From NCBI RefSeq assembly GCF_002075285.3, contig NZ_CP021983.2, forward strand, positions 3,060,001-3,092,000: DNA of 32,000 nt, given 5' to 3'. Numbering within the stretch: the stretch's first letter is position 1; every line of letters starts with the position of its first letter. The stretch is from Halomicronema hongdechloris C2206 (lineage in GTDB: Bacteria > Cyanobacteriota > Cyanobacteriia > Phormidesmidales > Phormidesmidaceae). This document shows positions 26,246 to 32,000 of the stretch, piece by piece. The position numbers and the translations under genes are program-made. The notes beneath the pieces are model-generated. The model saw nothing but the letters and a program-made list of their open reading frames with translations. It was not told the DNA's origin and made no database searches.

Positions 26246-28279
26246 CTAACTAGCGGCGTCAGCCGTGGTCAAGATTCTGTTGATGAGTTTATCCGGCACT
26301 GGGGATAAATGGTCGAAACGCCATTGAAAGAACCCCACGCCCAGGGTTAGCGATCGCAACTCCAAAATCATGGTTTGCAGTTCGGCCTCAGGAATATAGC
26401 CCGAAACCAAGTCCCAACCACTCCAGCCAGGCTTCTCGGCATAGCCCAGAATCTGACCTCGCCGACCGCTAATGAGCCGCAACACATTGGCAGTGAAGCT
26501 ATTGGGCACCGAAATATCCACCGCCGTAATCGGCTCCAGGAGAACCGGTTCACAATTGGGCATGCCCCGTTGCATGGCAATGCGAGCCGCCTGCTTAAAG
26601 GCCTGCTCGGAGCTATCGACGCTGTGGTAAGAGCCATTGGTCAGGGTGACGGCCACATCCACCACTGGAAAGCCCAATGGCCCCTGAACCAGATATTCTT
26701 GCACCCCAGCCTCGACACTGGGGATATATTGTTTGGGGATGACGCCACCGACGATAGTGTCTTCGAAATGGAATCCGGCCCCCCGTTCTAGGGGATAAAT
26801 TGACAAGTAAACATCACCAAATTGACCATGACCGCCAGTCTGGTGCTTATAGCGACCATGGACCGAGTCTTGGGCCCTACGAATCGTCTCCCGATAACGC
26901 ACCTGGGGAAGGTGAGTAGTCATCGGTAAGGTGTACTTGCGTTGCAGTCGTTCTATGGCCAACTGCAGGTGCATATCTCCCTGCCCCAAGAGAATCACTT
27001 CGTGGGTATCTCCATGCTGCTCCCAGTGTAGGGCTGGATCTTCCTCCAGCAATTTCCCTAGGGCCCCACTCAACTTCACCTCATCCCGTCGATTTTCTGG
27101 CACCACGGCTAGGGCATAGACCGGGGCTAGTTCCTCGGCTCGGGGTAACGGCTCGACAGAATCCTCACCAATGGTCAAGGTGTCTCCGGTTTGGGCACTA
27201 TCCAGGCGGGCAACGCCGACGATGCTGCCAGCCCCGGCCTGGCTGAGGCTGATCTGTTGTTGCCCCATCAACTGGTAGAGCCCGCCCATACGCTCGCCAT
27301 TGAGGCTCTCACCGTCTGTTAGGGTCCCCTGCCACACCCGCACTAGAGACAATTTGCCCCCCTGGGGACTGTAGTAAGTCTTTAGGACTTGGGCTAGGGG
27401 CAGATCGACAGAGATACCCTCACCCCGGCGTTGCCAGGTGGCATCGGGGTCAGGGGTTTCTCGTACCAGGGCATCTAGCAAGGGACGGACCCCATAGTCT
27501 TCTGTAGCGATGCCGAACCCCACAGGCACAATCAAGTCGGCCCCGAGTTCTAGCTTAATGTCGCTGACAATTTCCTCTTGAGGCGGCTCAATTTCCTCCA
27601 GCAGTTCTTCCAGGAGGTGGTCATCAAAGTCGGCTAGGGTTTCTAGCATATCTGAGCGAGCCTGATGCTCCTCCTGCCGCAGGGTTTCTGGCAGGGGCAC
27701 CGGGTCCGCGGCGGCTCCGGCATGATAATGGTAAGCTTGCTCGCTGATCAGGTCAATGAAACCCACTAGATCCTGGCCTTGGCGGATGGGATATTGATGA
27801 AGCACCAGAGGCCGCGTAGAGACTTCCTTAATAGCCGTCAATACGTCTGAGTAGGTGCCGCTGGGGCGATCCATCTTGTTGATCCAGAGCAGATGGGGAA
27901 TTTCCCAGGTGTCTAGAAATTGAAACAAGGGGGCTAGGGTAAGCATGCGAGTGGGATCGGGTTCGCAGACGACGATGGCAGCATCGACCCCAATCAATGC
28001 GTTGTAGGTTTCCTGCAGGAGTTCGACAGAACCAGGACAGTCAATAAAGTTAAAATGAATGCCGCCGTACTTGGTACAGGCGGCATTGACTTCCACGGTC
28101 ATTTTGTGGTTTCGGGCTTCTGGGGTGGCGTCGCCGACGGTATTACCGTCTTCAATCTTGCCTTTGCGGGAGATCGCTCCAGTTACGAATAGTAGGCTCT
28201 CGAGCAGGGTGGTTTTACCACTAGAGTAGGGACCCACAATTGCCACGTTCCGTGAGCCCGATAATACTTTTTGGGTCAT
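26246..28279 (-). CDS. Elongation factor G paralogue (EF-G-like GTPase)
   Basis: The GTPase motifs are G1 GPYSSGKTT, G3 DCPGSVE and G4 NKMD. EF-G domains II-V follow (GDMHLQLAIERL, GGHGQFGDV, GSYHSVDSSEQAFK). 677 aa. Confidence 0.85.
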   Translation of the reverse strand: MTQKVLSGSRNVAIVGPYSSGKTTLLESLLFVTGAISRKGKIEDGNTVGDATPEARNHKMTVEVNAACTKYGGIHFNFIDCPGSVELLQETYNALIGVDAAIVVCEPDPTRMLTLAPLFQFLDTWEIPHLLWINKMDRPSGTYSDVLTAIKEVSTRPLVLHQYPIRQGQDLVGFIDLISEQAYHYHAGAAADPVPLPETLRQEEHQARSDMLETLADFDDHLLEELLEEIEPPQEEIVSDIKLELGADLIVPVGFGIATEDYGVRPLLDALVRETPDPDATWQRRGEGISVDLPLAQVLKTYYSPQGGKLSLVRVWQGTLTDGESLNGERMGGLYQLMGQQQISLSQAGAGSIVGVARLDSAQTGDTLTIGEDSVEPLPRAEELAPVYALAVVPENRRDEVKLSGALGKLLEEDPALHWEQHGDTHEVILLGQGDMHLQLAIERLQRKYTLPMTTHLPQVRYRETIRRAQDSVHGRYKHQTGGHGQFGDVYLSIYPLERGAGFHFEDTIVGGVIPKQYIPSVEAGVQEYLVQGPLGFPVVDVAVTLTNGSYHSVDSSEQAFKQAARIAMQRGMPNCEPVLLEPITAVDISVPNSFTANVLRLISGRRGQILGYAEKPGWSGWDLVSGYIPEAELQTMILELRSLTLGVGFFQWRFDHLSPVPDKLINRILTTADAAS

Positions 28280-28665
28280 CAGTTTACCCCTATGACATAG
28301 TTACGCCCAGCCACAGACCCTGCCCATGGCCCCCAAAAGTAACCAAGGGACGAAGCAGATGGGAACTCTCTAAATCTGGTGCTGCTTAGTGGAGAACAAA
28401 GCCGTCATCGACGGGGGTAAAGGGCTGAAGGGTGAAGCAACATCAACGCTTTTTCATACTCAGATTCCCACTCAGGCTCTCATCGCCCTCGCTGGTGCGA
28501 CCCTTACTGAGGGAGGGTTTCATGGCTATAGCCTCAGATTAACCTGGCCATAACCTCTCGGCGCCGAGGGTTTGGAAAAGTTCAAGCTTCTGCAGAAAGG
28601 GAGTTGCAAAAGTTTATTTAACCTAATCGTGGACATCCACAAATGGGGGCATAGACTGATGTGCC

Positions 28666-28775
28666 TAGATAACCAGACTACAGCGTTTTTGAAGCTAGTG
28701 AGGTACACAGATGACCATGAAACCCTTGATCTCAGAAGGCAGGCTGTATCACCCTGCCAGGAAATAGCAATGCTT
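28666..28775 (+). repeat. Repeat copy A of an unclassified ~100-nt element
   Basis: It aligns by eye at roughly 75 percent identity with 29310-29415 in the same orientation. The shared core is ACAGCGTTTYTGAAKCTAGTGAGGTA...CCATGAAACCCT...GCTGTA...GGAAAT. Confidence 0.7.
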
Positions 28776-28914
28776 CGCACCTGTCGCAAGACCTTCTCAT
28801 AACACCCCTGACCAGCAAAACCAATTCACTTCTTCAATGATCGCAGGATGTAATTACGTGGGAGGACGATTTCTGGCCCTATATCACATTGGCAGAGTTC
28901 TCACCCTAAACATC

Positions 28915-29025
28915 TCATCGCTCACCGAAATAATTGCTCCAGGGCAGATGTACCGCATCATAGCCTTGCTGACGTAACCACTCCACTGTGTGCGGAGAAA
29001 TGCCCATGTCCGCCAAAAACTTCAT
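28915..29025 (-). pseudogene. Truncated DUF5615 (PIN-like, toxin-type) gene remnant
   Basis: MKFLADMGISPHTVEWLRQQGYDAVHL matches the usual DUF5615 N-terminus, but the ORF stops after 36 aa. A plausible continuation (SDEMFRVR...) is visible only in other frames with stops down to about 28800. Its ATG overlaps the DUF433 stop (ATGA). Confidence 0.55.
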
Positions 29026-29255
29026 CCGGCCTTCGCTGTAGTGTAGACGCGATCGGATGCGAGCCAAGCTGCGTATTGTAACGATTGCTGAATATCCTCG
29101 GCTTCTAGATAGGGATAATCTTCAATGATTTCGCTAGTCGTCTTACCATTGGCAACCAAATTCAGCACTAAAGAAACAGGCACGCGCATTCCTCGAATAC
29201 AGGCTTGGCCTGCCATGATCTGCGAATCAAACGTGATGCGGTCGAACCCCAGCAC
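29022..29255 (-). CDS. DUF433 domain protein (antitoxin-like HTH partner of DUF5615)
   Basis: 77 aa with DSQIMAGQACIRGMRVPVSLVLNLVANGKTTSEIIEDYPYLEAEDIQQSLQYA, the typical DUF433 pattern. GTG start at 29255 with GAGGTGA upstream. Confidence 0.8.
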   Translation of the reverse strand: MLGFDRITFDSQIMAGQACIRGMRVPVSLVLNLVANGKTTSEIIEDYPYLEAEDIQQSLQYAAWLASDRVYTTAKAG

Positions 29256-29309
29256 AATTTCACCTCAACTCGAGTCAAATACTAAGCTGAAAATCATTTG
29301 TTCACTGAT

Positions 29310-29415
29310 TAGATGATATCTGCCCACAGCGTTTCTGAATCTAGTGAGGTATGAGGATGGCCATGAAACCCTCGACCCCAGGAGTAAGCTGTACCTTACC
29401 CAGAGAGGAAATGCT
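29310..29415 (+). repeat. Repeat copy B of the unclassified ~100-nt element
   Basis: Direct-orientation copy of 28666-28775. It lies 55-160 nt upstream of the DUF433 start. Confidence 0.7.
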
Positions 29416-29556
29416 GTATGGTTAGGTCTAGGGCGATTGCCCTCCAGACAGGCTAATGTCAACACTTGTCTAAAAGCTTAACTCCCCAGGAGAGGGACCG
29501 GTCGCATCCTATGCTGGTAAACCCGCTTGGTGGAGACGGAATAGGAGACTGCTGAA

Positions 29557-32000
29557 TTACATTGATAGGTCTAAGCGGGAACCAGCCTCGGTTTTAACCA
29601 CGTCAATGCGAGTTTGGAAGGCCTCGCGAAAGTGAGGGATGTGGGTGACCACTAAAATGCAGGCAAAGTCGGTTGCGATCGCATTGATGGCGGCGATCAA
29701 CCGTTCACAGCCCTGCTGATCTTGGGTGCCGAAGCCCTCATCGATGATCAACATCTGCAGGGGCACGCCGGAGCGCTGAGCTAGTAACCGGGCCAGGGCC
29801 AAGCGAATGGCAAAGTTGACCCGAAAGCCTTCACCACCGGAGTAGGTCTCGTAGGGGCGGGTGCCTTGGGTATCGGCGATCAAGATGTCGAGGGTGTCGA
29901 TCAGTTTGCTCTGGCGACTGCGCCCGACCCGCTGGGTAACAAACTGCACATGGAGCTGGTTGGCGCTGAGGCGGCTGAGGATCTGGTTGGTTTCGGCTTC
30001 CAGTTGTGGCAGTAGGGTCTCGATGATCAGGGCCTGAATGCCATTGCGACCGAAGGCATGGGCCACCGCCTGATGTACCCGCTGTTGATGGCGGGCCGCG
30101 GTCAGGGCTTGCTGTTGGCTGTCGAGATGGGCCTGTTGCTGCTGCAGATACTGGTATTGCTGACGCAGGGCTCCCAACTGGGCCAGATGCTGCTCCCGAG
30201 CCTGTTGACGCCCTTGCAGTTGCTGCTCTAGGTGGACCACTTCGGCCTGGGGATCGGGAGTGGTCTGCAGCCGTTGGTCTAGTTCGGTGAGCTCCGTCTG
30301 TAGGCGGCTGAGTTCCTGCGATCGCATCTGCACCTGCCGCTCGATCTCATCCACCTGCTGCTGCACTTGGGGCTGCTGCTGCCGGGCCTGCTCCAGCGCC
30401 TGGTACCGCAGCCGCCAATCTTGGGCCGCCCGCAGCTGCTGGCGCAGCTGATGATGATAGTCCGGGCTATAGTCGAGATGGGCTAACTGCTGCTCCACCT
30501 GGCTCAGGTGTTGCTGCTGAGGCGATGCTGCCAAGGCTGCTAGCTGGGCTTCCACCTCTGCCAGGGTTGCCTCCAGGGCCTGACGGCGTCCTTGCAAGTG
30601 GCGGTGCTTCTGCTGGGCCTGTTTAATCTCGGCCTGCTTGATCTCGGCCCAACGCAGCCGATCCACCTGTCCCCGGGCCAGGGCATGATCGCGCTCGTCG
30701 TAGGGTAACTCGGCCAGTTGTTGCTCCACTGCCTGCAGGGCCGTCTGCACATCGGCGGCATAGTTCTGGTGCTCTAGGGCCTGGCGCAACTGGGTCTGCT
30801 CCTGCAAAATCTGCTGCAACCGCTGTTGCATGCCGGCACTGCTATCCAGTTGGGCCTGCAGCTGTCCCCGCTGTTCCAGGGTGGGGTCGTAGTTGGCCAA
30901 TTCAGCGTCTAGATCGCGATATTCCTGCCGTAGCACCTGCAGCTCCTTCTCCGACACCGCTAGTTGCTCCCGAATCACCCAGATCTCTCGCTGTAGGTCC
31001 TGCTGCTCCTGGCGATGGCGCGCTAAGATGCCTTGCCGGTGGTCCACTCCCAAGGTGCGATCGCACACCGGGCATGGGGCATCGGGCTGCGCCAACAACT
31101 CCATTTTCTGCTCCAGCTGGGCCAGTTGGGTTTCACAGGCCCGCTGTCTGTCCTGCAGCTGCTCCATGAAGCGACGGCGTTCCAACCCCTTTTCCCGCAC
31201 TCGCTCCTGATAGGCACGCCGCCGTTGCAACTGTTCTAGGGTATGGGTCACCTCCAGCACTGCCTGCTGCAACTGAGGCTGCTGAGCCTGGTGCTGCTTC
31301 AAAGTTTGCTCACTGTGGCTCAGTTCCTCCAAGCGAGCCGCCAGCCGCAGTGCTGCCTGTTGTAAGTCGCGCTGTAGCGCCTGGCACTGCTGCAGTAGCG
31401 GCAACACCTGTAGCTGCCGTTGATCGAGCTGATGCAAGCGCTCCTGGGCCTGGCGCAGCTGGGCCATCGCCGTCATCACCTGATCCTGCCTCTGCAAAAT
31501 GGCCGCCAGCTCCACCCCCTCCTGCTCCAGCCCTTGCAACTGCTGCTGAGCTTGCTGCTGTCGTCTCAGCAACTGATCTCGAGGCTGGGTGACCTGTTGC
31601 TGCAGCTGCTCTCGCTGGGCGTGTAACCGTTGGTAAGCTTCCCAAACCTGGGAGAGACGCGCCTCCTCCGCCTGTAGCTGTGACCACTGCCCATAGCCTT
31701 GGCTAATTGCCTCTGCCTGAGCCAACAACCGACTCACCGCCTGCTGCCGTTGCTGCAGCTCTTGCAATTCTTGCCGTAATCGGCTTCGTACTTGTTGACC
31801 GTGATCAACTTGCTGCAGTAGCAGTGTCCGCTGTTGTTGCCACCGTTGTCGCCGCTGCCGTTGCTCCTGCAACCCGGCCAGAGTAGTTTGGTCGGCTTGT
31901 TGTTGCTGATCGAGTGTGGCCAAGCGAGTGGTCAATTCCTGCTGCTGTTGTGCCACCAACTGCTGCTGACTCAATTGGGCCTGAAGATCCACCAGGGTTT
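29557..32000 (-). CDS. sbcC: SbcC-type SMC-like double-strand-break repair ATPase, C-terminal ~810 aa (gene continues beyond the window)
   Basis: The C-terminal ABC signature YSGGEGFRVNFAIRLALA, the Walker B MLIIDEGFGTQD and the H-loop VVTHI are present. A long Gln-rich coiled coil carries a CPVC zinc hook (codons at 31063-31074). There is no Walker A, and the frame is open through position 32000. Confidence 0.85.
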   Translation of the reverse strand, partial: TLVDLQAQLSQQQLVAQQQQELTTRLATLDQQQQADQTTLAGLQEQRQRRQRWQQQRTLLLQQVDHGQQVRSRLRQELQELQQRQQAVSRLLAQAEAISQGYGQWSQLQAEEARLSQVWEAYQRLHAQREQLQQQVTQPRDQLLRRQQQAQQQLQGLEQEGVELAAILQRQDQVMTAMAQLRQAQERLHQLDQRQLQVLPLLQQCQALQRDLQQAALRLAARLEELSHSEQTLKQHQAQQPQLQQAVLEVTHTLEQLQRRRAYQERVREKGLERRRFMEQLQDRQRACETQLAQLEQKMELLAQPDAPCPVCDRTLGVDHRQGILARHRQEQQDLQREIWVIREQLAVSEKELQVLRQEYRDLDAELANYDPTLEQRGQLQAQLDSSAGMQQRLQQILQEQTQLRQALEHQNYAADVQTALQAVEQQLAELPYDERDHALARGQVDRLRWAEIKQAEIKQAQQKHRHLQGRRQALEATLAEVEAQLAALAASPQQQHLSQVEQQLAHLDYSPDYHHQLRQQLRAAQDWRLRYQALEQARQQQPQVQQQVDEIERQVQMRSQELSRLQTELTELDQRLQTTPDPQAEVVHLEQQLQGRQQAREQHLAQLGALRQQYQYLQQQQAHLDSQQQALTAARHQQRVHQAVAHAFGRNGIQALIIETLLPQLEAETNQILSRLSANQLHVQFVTQRVGRSRQSKLIDTLDILIADTQGTRPYETYSGGEGFRVNFAIRLALARLLAQRSGVPLQMLIIDEGFGTQDQQGCERLIAAINAIATDFACILVVTHIPHFREAFQTRIDVVKTEAGSRLDLSM

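Noticed and set aside
28526-28802. 87-aa (-) and 76-aa (+) ORFs, plus the 66-aa (-) ORF at 29265-29465, as real genes
   Set aside because: They overlap each other on opposite strands and coincide with the nucleotide-level repeat copies. No motifs are recognisable. They are treated as a repeat element or pseudogene relic, not as CDS.
30260-31687. Multiple 60-125-aa ORFs on both strands inside sbcC
   Set aside because: They are products of the CAG/CTG-rich coiled-coil coding sequence (Ala/Gly/Ser/Cys/Arg runs) and lie entirely within a well-supported gene.

Overview
This is a chromosomal segment from a cyanobacterium. The evidence is 13 copies of the HIP1 octamer GCGATCGC, a ferrochelatase with a C-terminal CAB/Hlip-type helix, a ycf30-type rbcR, and hrcA. 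About 30 protein genes lie on both strands, and most are housekeeping or widely conserved. They include rpmF (58 aa, below the ORF-track cutoff and found by eye), a PlsC-type acyltransferase, tadA, a GH15-like hydrolase, a universal stress protein, a CHAD protein, a CDF transporter, a Cof-type HAD hydrolase, a Crp/Fnr regulator, a zinc-ribbon Ser/Thr kinase, rbcR, hrcA, a rhomboid protease, a Uma2 nuclease, hemH, an EF-G paralogue and the 3' part of sbcC. I could not support any rRNA, tRNA, CRISPR array or intact IS element. Four parts look accessory. (1) A single-gene TIR::FGE-sulfatase-like fusion (4803-6053) is followed by an AT-rich 0.55 kb spacer; this is my best candidate for an undescribed conflict or signalling module. 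(2) A tyrosine integrase is followed by a TM2 protein, a secreted FAD oxidoreductase, a frameshifted HAD phosphatase, and a ParA-type ATPase translationally coupled to a disordered/coiled-coil protein ending in GWVD (McdA/McdB-like). (3) A DUF433 / decayed DUF5615 toxin-antitoxin remnant is flanked by two ~100-nt direct repeats, with a 12-nt inverted copy of the repeat core nearby. (4) Heptanucleotide tandem arrays and a long polypyrimidine tract occur in intergenic DNA. All functional calls rest on motif recognition by eye; no searches were run.
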